Assembly (NCBI GenBank): GCA_900291995.1
Contig: OLMU01000948.1
Location: 1 to 41,272 of the forward strand
Length of the DNA: 41,272 nucleotides
Reading direction: 5' to 3'
Source: Licmophora abbreviata
Lineage: Eukaryota
Shown: positions 1-9,885 of the stretch, in pieces
Layout: every line of letters begins with the position of its first letter
Numbering within the stretch: position 1 is the stretch's first letter
Position numbers and translations under genes: made by a program
The notes under the pieces: model-generated
The model's input: the letters and a program-made list of their open reading frames with translations, nothing else
Databases searched by the model: none
Told to the model about the DNA's origin: nothing

Positions 1-163
1 AAAACTGGGAACGGCTCGCCAAGGAGTTCGACATTGCGTAAACGAATTAGGCTTAAAAGGCGATCACGCACTCACTTATCAATGTTTAGTTTCCGCATAA
101 AATGTAGCAAAGGTTCGGTTAGCAGATCTAAGTAAAGTGTTTAGCTTTCCATCGCAACAACCA

Positions 164-2182
164 TTAACCCAACTGTATGGTTGTTAGTATAAGAGTCAAA
201 ATTGAGGCACTGGCGGAGAAGACCGTCCAAGCCGCACTCGAAAATGTATTTCGTTCTATAGAGTCAACCGGTGCAATCACCAAAGTCAAAGGCACTATTG
301 TATACCAGTCCAAACGCCCTTGGACGACCATGCCAGCGCTCTGGTGATACCAGCCTGGGTCCGTTCGCGCTCTGACGATGTGAGACTGGGGGGAGATGCG
401 TGGCCTGAAGAGGTCGTCCTCCAGCGGTTCCGCCCAAGACTGGTCAACTCGTGCTCGCGCTACCACAAATATCTCATCACCGTTGGAAAATGATGTCAAA
501 TCGATAGATGATTCAAACACTGGGCCTAACGCTTCCCCGGGAGAGCCTGGGGGTGATGCGCCTGCCTCGGAAAAGTAGCCCGATCCGTTAAGGGCGCTCT
601 GACCACTGCCTCTCGTAAGGAACGACGAGAAGAAGGAGGACGCGCGTGCATCCGCCTGTTCCATGCAGCTCCAAGCTGCTCGAGGAATAATGTCCCATTT
701 TCCGTACCACAAGGAAGTTTCGTCAATCTCCAGAGATCCTCCGACGGTCCATCGAATCGCGACCGAGCTTGTCGTATTGGGTACCGTCACACGCTTCATC
801 CGTTGGCAATCGAGTCGATCGTGTGGAGGTTGTCTTGAGGTTATGTCGTCCGTCGTGCTGACGTGATCGACAGCAAGAATCGAAACGTACGGTTCCAACA
901 AGTCGACCGCAGAAATAGCGAGCCGCACGTTCCTCGAGACGTGTCCATTGTCGGCTGCGTCCTTATTCAGGACGTCGAATCCAGTCCCTAGCTCCTCAAT
1001 CGGCTGACCACGCAAACTAGTTTCCACCAGCATGGTAAAGGAACGGAGCGTGGAGTTGTTGTAGATCGTCTTAGCCGCTGGATATCCGCCGTATGTAGTC
1101 ACATTGCACTGTGTGACGAGCGGTTCGTCAAAGGAAGCCGCGTATGCCCAGTCCTCCATGGCGCCGTTCAACCAAAGGTTTTCTGAGTTCATCGTAGTGT
1201 ACATGTAGTTCGGAGTGTCACCAAAGGATCCTCCATAGCGACTGTAGGCAGCCGCAATCATTTGTTGTGCTGTGTGATCCGGAGAAAGGTAACCGAGATA
1301 GGAAGGATTGCCCCATTCAAAGCCTATCAAGGGGCCAACACCAGCATGGAAGGTCAATCCAATCTGGAACAAGTGATCTCTGTACACCTCGTTGATAGCT
1401 CTAGCAGTGATCGATCGCATACAGTCAGTCGGGGCGCGTTCACTGGTATCATAAGGAAAGTCAGTGTTGGGGTCCAAAGAAATAAATGCTGGATCTCCAT
1501 CCTCGTCAAGGTATTCAATCGTCTCGACACGCTCGTTGCGAGCGAAGCCCATGATGTTGGCACTGGGCAGGTACACAATACGTCGTGTCGATACCAACCT
1601 TGAGAGCCAGCGACGCTGCACATCGTCCACACCTTGCGCTAATAACGCCTGTCGACAGTCTTGGCTAGTGTCGGCATCACTCTCTTGCTGGTGCGATCGA
1701 TTGATTGCTCCCTGACAGGATGCGGCTTGTAGAAGGAGCGATGCCGCATGAATCGTCGCCGTCGGTCCGACTCGTTCCTTGCCATGGACTGTCCCCGACC
1801 AGAATACTTCGGGAAGTCGACTGGACGAGTCTGAGTCCTCTGGATGCAGTGTATAGTCCTGGATAGTAACCATGTAGACGAGACAGCCGTCTCCCTCGTC
1901 AAAGGGACAATCTTCGGGCGCACCAGGACGAGGCAGGTCGTATTCATCGTGAACGGTCGTGACTCTCACGAACTCCGAGTACTCTACTTTCCATCGTGAC
2001 ATGAGCTCTGCTATCTCTTGCGGAAGCAAAAGGCGATCATACACGGGATAAGGGGGGTTCTCCCCGCCTTGGAGCCGTCGACGTTCGTCGTGCGCGAAGC
2101 GTACCGGCACTTGGACCAAGATCAGGACTGACAGAGACGCTGCCGCCAATAGGAGCAAGAACCTGACCCCCGTTTCTTCCAT
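164..2182 (-). CDS. Secreted or membrane-anchored M14 zinc carboxypeptidase-like protein
   Basis: Uninterrupted ORF, first ATG at 2182 (MEETGVRFLLLLAAASLSVLIL, signal/anchor). Zinc motifs HGKE and TFHAG, plus AMEDWAY and a candidate catalytic Glu in LVET. Hydrophobic C-terminus (TM or GPI-like). Confidence 0.8.
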   Translation of the reverse strand: MEETGVRFLLLLAAASLSVLILVQVPVRFAHDERRRLQGGENPPYPVYDRLLLPQEIAELMSRWKVEYSEFVRVTTVHDEYDLPRPGAPEDCPFDEGDGCLVYMVTIQDYTLHPEDSDSSSRLPEVFWSGTVHGKERVGPTATIHAASLLLQAASCQGAINRSHQQESDADTSQDCRQALLAQGVDDVQRRWLSRLVSTRRIVYLPSANIMGFARNERVETIEYLDEDGDPAFISLDPNTDFPYDTSERAPTDCMRSITARAINEVYRDHLFQIGLTFHAGVGPLIGFEWGNPSYLGYLSPDHTAQQMIAAAYSRYGGSFGDTPNYMYTTMNSENLWLNGAMEDWAYAASFDEPLVTQCNVTTYGGYPAAKTIYNNSTLRSFTMLVETSLRGQPIEELGTGFDVLNKDAADNGHVSRNVRLAISAVDLLEPYVSILAVDHVSTTDDITSRQPPHDRLDCQRMKRVTVPNTTSSVAIRWTVGGSLEIDETSLWYGKWDIIPRAAWSCMEQADARASSFFSSFLTRGSGQSALNGSGYFSEAGASPPGSPGEALGPVFESSIDLTSFSNGDEIFVVARARVDQSWAEPLEDDLFRPRISPQSHIVRARTDPGWYHQSAGMVVQGRLDWYTIVPLTLVIAPVDSIERNTFSSAAWTVFSASASILTLILTTIQLG

Positions 2183-2783
2183 GGTGGCTGCTAGCACTGC
2201 AGCCAATCGCTCTAAGCCTCACTTCAGCTGGAAAGTGGCCTTCAGACTGTGCGTTTGTCATTTTTTGTCATGGCTATGGCTCATGGCTCATTGTGTGGTC
2301 GCGTGGCGGTCGGTTGTTCGCGAAGTCACAAAATACAAAATACACTGCAAGAGGACTGGCGCGCGCGAGTGACACTATGTTTCCAATCGAGTTGACATTT
2401 TCAAAATGTTATAATAGCTTCAACTCTGAAGATATTTTTTTCAGTGAGGGAGCGGCGCGCCAAACGGAGGCTATGGCGAGAAAGAGCCTGGAGCAAACTA
2501 CACGTTTTAGAAGTGATGCACCTATTAGCCGGTGCTCGCGATTGTCAGTGACATATTTTACTTGTAGGCTACGACGAAGCGAGATATTTTCGAAAGCTAT
2601 CGGTGCGGTCATCGATATTTGGAAGGGGACACCACTGGGATGCAAGAGATCCGACTTGTGCGGGTGAAGTCTAGGCAATACAAATTTGCAATTGCTAGCT
2701 AGTACCACTTCTAAGAGATTTCGTATCTGTGCATCTCCCCAAACCTGTCCAAGGGGAAACTCGCAAAACCGCAATGTCTCGCA

Positions 2784-3992
2784 TCAAGATTCATAGCCAA
2801 CAAAGTACGATCCGTCCTCGCCGAAATCAATAAAATTCAGATAGTGCTTGTCGTCCAACAGCTCTTCCAAGACAGCGTCCAGTTCTTCACCGATACCACC
2901 AAACCACATGCGTCCATTTCGGGCTCGCAAGAACCACTCACCTCTCGGTCCCAACGTACAGCACTTCAAGTCGGGACGTTCCGACCTATCCTGCAGTTTG
3001 CTCTCCAGATCATTGGGTATTCCCTTTCCATGCCATTCCCAAGACCCGTCATGGTGCACTATAAAGAAAGTATCATACGTTGAACCAAATGCCACAGATC
3101 GCGGTTGCTTCTTAGGTGGTTGGTTCTTCATGACCTTGTCAAAGGCTTTGGGCCCCTTCCAGTCGGCAGACCCATCCTGGTACCCGACAAAGTAACGATC
3201 CTTCGATCCCAACGCGACATACGAGGGACGCGTGATAGTTCGATTCTGTCTTTTGAGTTGCTTGAGCTGTTGAACGAGTGCCTTAGGAATGTCAGGGGTG
3301 TATGCTACGCCTCCGTTCCCATAGAGCAGTACCGCACCTTTGTTGATGCCAACGCTCGTAACGTGCTTTCCCAAAGCGCCAATGTCGCGCAGGCACTGAT
3401 CCACTTGTTCGACGACGTCTTCGGGGAATCCAAACTCAAATTCCATGGCCGAGGCATCGTTAGGATTCTCAGGAGTTGTGGTTGACGAAGTGTCGTCGTT
3501 GTCGTCTTCCTGAGTGGCATGTTGGAGTGCTTCCAGGTGCTTCTCTAGCCGCTGTTGCTCTCCCATGAGAATTGCCAGTCCCAGATCGGCCAATTCCATC
3601 TGCACGGACAAAGATTGTTGTGTCACTAAATCTGTACTCGACTGGTGGGTGTCATCAGTCACTGAATAGCCGGTACCGACGACGCTATCGTCGATTAGAG
3701 TTAGATCAGGCGGCTGCTGTAGCATCTTCTTGAGCATTTGGAGGGAAGTCACGTTTCGTCGAAAGACTTCTCGCACTTGGCCATTCATGACTCGACAAGT
3801 CCCAATTGTAGCCGTTTGTGTGTACACATTCACACGCGCTAATGAATCTTTGTCTCCGGGGCGATCGACTCCCACAAGAAAAGACAAAACGGAGGACTCT
3901 CCCACAATGGCTAGTTCGCGACAGTTGCCTCCGAGACTCTTGGCGCATTCTCGGACATCCTCGGCAGAAAGCGTTCCAGATTTCGACGGCAT
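2784..3992 (-). CDS. Uncharacterised protein with a coiled-coil linker and C-terminal beta-rich tandem repeats
   Basis: 402-aa ATG-initiated ORF. Repeats include VALGSKDRYFVGYQDGSADW, VAFGSTYDTFFIVHHDGSWEW, CTLGPRGEWFLRARNGRMW and IDFGEDGSYFV. Confidence 0.7.
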   Translation of the reverse strand: MPSKSGTLSAEDVRECAKSLGGNCRELAIVGESSVLSFLVGVDRPGDKDSLARVNVYTQTATIGTCRVMNGQVREVFRRNVTSLQMLKKMLQQPPDLTLIDDSVVGTGYSVTDDTHQSSTDLVTQQSLSVQMELADLGLAILMGEQQRLEKHLEALQHATQEDDNDDTSSTTTPENPNDASAMEFEFGFPEDVVEQVDQCLRDIGALGKHVTSVGINKGAVLLYGNGGVAYTPDIPKALVQQLKQLKRQNRTITRPSYVALGSKDRYFVGYQDGSADWKGPKAFDKVMKNQPPKKQPRSVAFGSTYDTFFIVHHDGSWEWHGKGIPNDLESKLQDRSERPDLKCCTLGPRGEWFLRARNGRMWFGGIGEELDAVLEELLDDKHYLNFIDFGEDGSYFVGYES

Positions 3993-4420
3993 GGCTTCTG
4001 AAGAAGAAGGGCACGCATAGGAGTGAGATTGTAGAGAGAGAGAGACGGTATCGACGTCTAAAGGTACCAGTTACAAGCGCGGGTCGACGTCGTGGTACCG
4101 CGGTAGCATGGTGGTAGCATAAAAATTCTTTGTGTTGCAACTCAATTTTGCGTCGCGCGCGACGCACCGTTGAAGAAGGATCGCGGAAGAAGCAGAGGGT
4201 TGTTGCTGTTGGACGTTTGTATGATACCAGGTACACGGCACCTGATAATACGAAACTAGCCTTCTAGTCTAGTGTTCAGAGGGGCTTCTTTCTTTGTCCT
4301 ATGTAGTCGCATTATGCGAAAGCCTATCAAAAATAACGACTCGACTCCCACAAAGCAGTGGATCTGGTCTCAGGTACATACTAACGTAGGTCTATCGCGG
4401 GGCGTTCGTTTGCAGGAAGC

Positions 4421-5462
4421 TCACATGATAGGACCTTCCGACCGACACCCAAAGATTCCCCACGCAAAGACACCGTGATTCCTTTGAATATCAACCCGAC
4501 TCGTTAGCGACTCCATCCACTTGGCCAAGTATGCCTCTTCGACTCCTTCGTTGAGCATATCGTCACGATGCTTTTCGATCTGATCAATCATACTCTGAAA
4601 GTAGTACTCCAAATGGGGAGAAAAGTCACTGAACGACGCGTTGTGAAAGCCGGCATCCTTGAGAAGGTCAAGATACTCACTGGGTCGTGCCATCTTAGTG
4701 GTGGCATTCCGGTCGGTAAAGTCCTTGAGGACCTTTTCGTCGGCTCCATCGGCACCCATAATGTCGGTAAAGCAGAACGACGCTCCGGGCTTCATGACGC
4801 GCTGAAGGTCTTTGAAGAGCTGAGGCTTATCGGCAGCATGACAAAGAACCTCGCATGACATGACATGAGTAAACTTGTCGGTCCATTCCTGCGGCAATCC
4901 TTCATTGAAATTGCAGAGCTTCACGTCCACCAGTTCACCGACTCCCATGCGCGCCGCTTCCGCGAGGTTCATTTTGTTCTGTTCCGGCGAAATGTTGGCT
5001 CCAATGACCTTGCACCCGAATCGTTCGGCCAGCTCATGCGACAATCCACCATGTCCGCTGCCGAGGTCCAAGACGAGACTGTCCTTGGTGACGGGACGGA
5101 ACCAGTCGAGGGTGGTGAGCAAGCGCTTGTTGGTTTCCTTGCTGCTCTCGTACACGGTATCAGTCGGCTTGACGAAGCATCCATAGTGAATATCGAATCC
5201 TCCTCCGCCCTGCGCGAGTGAAAATAGGACCGAGGGTGAGGGACGAGTGTGTCGCTCTAGGTTCAGTGTCGTCTACTGCGCGTTGCAACTAGATCTACTA
5301 GGATTTCGCGAAAAGTGGAGAGTTGAAACACATTGGACGTACCATGACGTATTTGTAAAAGATTCGAGCGTGGGCTTCGTCATACTGCTCAACAACCTTG
5401 TCGGCGACCTCGGTCTTCTCGAACTGCTGGTCTTTGAAGTCTCCAGTGGTAGAAGTTGTCAT
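4421..5462 (-). CDS. Class I SAM-dependent methyltransferase, sarcosine/dimethylglycine-MT-like group, candidate MTHB S-methyltransferase; 2 exons (5462-5343, 5209-4421), ~302 aa
   Basis: Exon 1 reads MTTSTTGDFKDQQFEKTEVADKVVEQYDEAHARIFYKYVM. A phase-0 GTACGT...CAG intron (5342-5210) joins it in frame to GGGGFDIHYG. SAM motif I VLDLGSGHGG, then NISPEQN, SCEVLCHA and MKPGASFCFTD. Substrate is inferred only. Confidence 0.85.
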
Positions 5463-5583
5463 GGTACAATGGTGCTAGTCGTCGTGTCGTACGTCTCGAT
5501 CGCTCAGTCTGTGAGTGTTCACCAAGATCAGACTTGAAATGGCGCCATCGTCATTTTTCCGGGCACCGACTTCCCCGCCACTC

Positions 5584-5595
5584 TGACGTACGTCA
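5584..5595. promoter_or_regulatory. Perfect palindrome TGACGTACGTCA (two inverted TGACGT bZIP-type sites) in the divergent promoter
   Basis: Seen directly in the ~350-bp intergenic region between the ATGs at 5462(-) and 5815(+). Confidence 0.35.
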
Positions 5596-5814
5596 TCCAC
5601 AACGCACGTACTTCTCGGCCAATCGGAATTCAGCATTGCCGTGTAGACCTCGCTGTAGAAAATGTACCACACGCAACAGATTGACTTTTCTTCCCGCCAA
5701 ACTGAGTTTGCTTCACAAAATGGCGACCTCGAAGACACCAAGACGCCACAGCAGTCCACAACTTGTACAACGTTCTACAATCAGACCAGTTTACTCCCTC
5801 CCAAGTCCTTCATC

Positions 5815-8800
5815 ATGCTTCGCGTCGAGTCTAACGCGGACATGCTCAATGCCCCTGACCACAGCAACCCTTCCAAGGTTGCGGAATTCACCGTTCCAGA
5901 ACTCGGAGGCGGCTACATCGTGGTGAACCTCTACGGCGAGTACCTGGTTTCCGTGGGTCGTGTCGATGTGGGGGTTCTCGGCGAAACCTGGACGGACGCA
6001 GAGGCCGCTCTCGACATGCTCTGCTACAGGGCCAACAATATGAACGACAAGTGCATTGTAACTGATCTCAAGGTCGGCGGCTGCGGCGTACTCCTCTACT
6101 TTTCGGCCAGCGCACTCGATACCCCCTCCAACCGACGTCGTCTGGCTTCAGCGCTTGTCAGGGAGCTCCCCTCCTTTGTCAGCACCAACATTCTATGTAT
6201 TCCTGGAGAGGGATGCACCATGACGGACATGCTCAACATCTACAAGGCGAACGAGGCTCTGACGAACTTCCCCAGGAGTCCGGCAAGAAACTCAGACGAC
6301 GAAGATGAAAACAAGAGCGACAAAGATCTGGAACGGACCACCAAAATGGTTCGCAGTACATCCTTTTCTCATGCCTCTGCTGAGTTTGAATTTCCAGTTC
6401 CATCGGCCATGATCTCTGCCGAGTCTCTCCGTGACGATCCCCTCGTCAAGGCTGCAGCGCTCAGTGTCTTCGGTTCCATTTCTACCCTTACCAAGGCAAA
6501 GCAGTGGGCCATTCCCAAGATCGTATTGATGGGATTTTCTCAACTTGCTCGAGAGTTATTCTGGCTACTTGCCAAGGAAGGCATCGATGTCTTTGTCGCT
6601 GATCCTAAGTCGGATTTCGTGGGCACGAAGATTCCCGACAAGAACATTGTCGCCTGGGACAAGGCGCCTTCGATCGGCTGCGACGTGCTAGTCTTTTGCT
6701 CGTCCGACTGTCCGGTACTATCGGAAACTATCGTAGAGTCGTTACATTGTCGCTCAGTCGTAAGTGCGTCTGACTTCTTCCTGCCTCGTGCGGAAGAGGA
6801 AGTGGAGCATGTACGCATCGCGTTGGAGAGGCAGAGCATTTTCGAGTTTGCCGACGGACTCTGTGATCTCGGAGCCATCGCCAAGGGGTACTCACTGTCC
6901 AACTCCAAGCATGCATTCTCCAAGAAAGAAATTATGGAACTTGGTGCACGTGTTATGCACAAGAGACTCCATCTCGATGGGATCGTCAAGCAGTATGACA
7001 CGGAAGACAAGCGAAAGTTCTATTCCATGGTGCTGGCGGACGAGGTGGACGAGATTGGAGGACTTAAGCTGGGCTTGGGTACCATTATCCACAATTCATC
7101 TGATAGCATGACCCAGTGGATGTGGACCCGAGCTCGAAGTCTTTGCCCTGCTTTTCGTACCTTGAATACGGCGGGTCCCAAGAAGGACATTCACTACATA
7201 GACCTTGGTGCAGGAAACGGTTCCGCCGCGCGGTGGATCTGCAAGCAAGACACACACATCCACGTTTGGTGTATCAATATCAGTCCTCAGCAAAATGCAG
7301 AGAATCGCCATTTAAGTGACGAACAAGGTCTCGGGGGACAGGTCACTGTCGAGACAACTAGCTTTGAGCAGCTGCCGTCTGAGTACAGCTCTTTGTTCGA
7401 TGGTTGCATTTCGCAAGACGCATTCATCCACGCGTTTAGCAAGCTTCATGCGTTGTCCGAAGCATTCCGTGTCACTAAGGGTGGCGGGTGGCTGATGGTG
7501 TCGGACTTGATGTGTGGCGAGAAGCAAGATACTCTGGAGCTGCAGTCTTTTGCCGAGAAGAACAACGTCCAGAACTGGGTGACGCCATCCCAGTATGTGT
7601 CGTTGGCGGAAGAGGCAGGCTGGTCAGAAGTGCAGTTTATCGACTGCACCTCACAGATTAAGGTGTCGCTGCAGCACTTACTCAACAAAATCAAAAACAT
7701 CATCTCGTCAGGAGCACACAAAGGGCTCAATCTCAAGCTCTTGCAGACACATCGACTCAGTCTCGCCAACCGTATTGGACAGATCGATCGGGGTATCTTC
7801 AAATGGGGCATTATTGCCGCACGGAGGCCATACGATGTTCTCTTTATGACGACGGCACCAGCAACGCCAGATAATCATCCCATGATGTCGTATTCAACGA
7901 ACAACATCGATGGAAGTCTCAAGTTTGGCACAGATGTCGTGGTGCTCAATATCAAGGACCAGATGCCGCGATCCAAAATCATGGAGTTGCCAAGTACGAC
8001 TCGCCTTATTGTGACCATGTCGGCAGGTCTGGATCACATCGACATGGATGCCGCCGAGGAGCGAGGCATTCGTGTTCGTCGAGCTGCTCGATACGCTATT
8101 GTCAAATCCGTTGCAGACTACCTCTTGTCCAATATTATTTTTGGACTCCGAAATGGCTACCAGAATGTCGGTAAGTGAAGAAACTGCAGTTTGCGTTTGT
8201 GCCTTTTAGGAAAATGGCTTGTAATTTGCTCACCCGCCTTGCCAACGTACCACGCTTTAAGGTGTTCCGTTTCCCGGAAAATTGTGGGACTTATCGTGGA
8301 ACTCAGACGGAGTGGATCTCGACCGAAGCAAGATCGGCTTCATTGGTATGGGTGCAATTGCCCAAGAAACATGTCGTCGTATTCGAGCATTGTCTACCGA
8401 ATGTGAGCTCGTTTACCACATTCCGGAAGGAATCAGGTCCAGGTTCGAAGAGGGGACGTATCGAATGTCGCATGTCGGCATTGCGGACTTGTACAGTACG
8501 TGCGATGTTGTCATCCCTCTGGTGCCGCTCACTCCGCAAACGACGAATCTAGTCGACTATGCCGCCTTTACTATGATGAAAAAGACTTGCATTTTCATCA
8601 ACATGGCGCGTGGTATGGTTGTGGATACGGCTGGAATGCTGCGTGCTCTCAAGGAAGGGGTCGTGCGTCATGCTATTCTTGACACGACGGAACCGGAACC
8701 GTTGCCTGAGGACCACGAGCTGTGGACAATGCGGAATTGTACGATCACTCCTCACTTCGCTACCAATACTACTTATGTCCGAAAGGAGCTAGTTGAGGAC

Positions 8801-9526
8801 ATTCCAAACGAGATTGAAGATACGCTAGACGAACGAGGTATTCTGCGTCTTGAAGAAGAGCGCTTGCGAAAGGAACTTAGTGAGGCGTACCGCATAACTC
8901 GCGATTTTGGCATGGATGAGCTTGTGTGGAACCATATTTCCGTTCTGTTGTCGGACGGAAGCTACCTCATCACACCAGGAAGCCGTATGTTTGATGATAT
9001 TGCGCCGCAGGACCTGGTCAAGAGTTCCGGTAACGTTACGGCCGACATAATTCATGATGCGGTCTACAAGGCTCGGGACGACGTCAAGGCGATTGTCCAC
9101 CTGCATACCCCTGCAACGGTGGCAATCTCGTGTTTAGAGATGGGATTTGTTCCGCTTGCTCAGGAAGCCGCTCCCTTCGTCGGCCGCGTTGTGCGCCATC
9201 CCTGGCACGGTGTTTCCAACGATTGGGAGGAGCAGGCTCTGCTCGGCGATGCCGTGAAGAGCAAGAACGTGAACACGCTACTAATGGAAAACCACGGATT
9301 CTGCACGTTCGGAAAGACTCTAGGCGAGGCGTGGGTGCTGGCTTACTACTTCGATAAGGCATGTCAGACCCAGCTGAACTGCCTCCAGACCGGTGTAAAG
9401 ATCAACTTCCCCGACGAGAAGGTCCTCCAGCACGCAGCAGAACAGTCCGTTCTTCCAGAGTTTCTGCCCGGTAATTGTGAATGGGAAGCTCTCCGCAAAA
9501 TGTTGACACGAAAATCGCGTCGTTAG
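5815..9526 (+). CDS. Four-domain fusion: degenerate Glu/Leu/Phe/Val dehydrogenase-like + SAM methyltransferase + D-isomer 2-hydroxyacid dehydrogenase + class II aldolase/adducin; 2 exons (5815-8170, 8262-9526), ~1206 aa
   Basis: ORFs 5662..8178 and 8282..9526 are joined in frame by a phase-1 intron G|GTAAGT...TTTAAG|GT (8171-8261), giving QNVGVPFPGKLWD. Motifs: ANNMNDK..LKVGGCG and VLMGFSQLA (ELFV-like); IDLGAGNG, NISPQQN, QDAFIH (MT); SAGLDHID, GFIGMGAIA, INMARG, EPEP, TPHFA (2-HADH); WNHIS, HLHTP, LMENHG (aldolase II). Start could be the upstream in-frame ATG at 5662. Confidence 0.88.
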
Positions 9527-9885
9527 AAGCCATGTTGTTGCCTTTTCTCCTATCGCCCTTATCACATCATTGTCTGTGCATCGGTACGTCAGTACACAAT
9601 GAAATCTTTGGACTTGGTAACTGAGAGCCGTGTTTTATACTGTAGACTAAAATAGTTAGTCGCCCCTTCCTTTCGTTGATCCAAATCACATAAATCGTCC
9701 CATTCCGCCTTCAACGACTCGTTGTGCGGCCGTCATTGAATGAACTAAATTGGCGCAAACGATCGAAACGTCACTGCACGTTGCCTTCATGATAGTTGAT
9801 ACTAAAGATTCCATGCGCCCGCGTCTCCTTGCTCCGATGTCCAACCGTACGAAATTGAGCCGTCTGCGAAGATTACGTACCCAGA

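Noticed and set aside
5662..5814. Upstream in-frame extension of the fusion ORF
   Set aside because: It has no recognisable domain or targeting signal and lies in the short divergent promoter/UTR. ATG 5815 is preferred, but 5662 is not excluded.
8175..8552. ORF 8175..8552, and treating 5662..8178 and 8282..9526 as two genes
   Set aside because: A canonical GTAAGT...AG intron joins them in frame in the middle of one dehydrogenase domain. The small ORF is an off-frame by-product.
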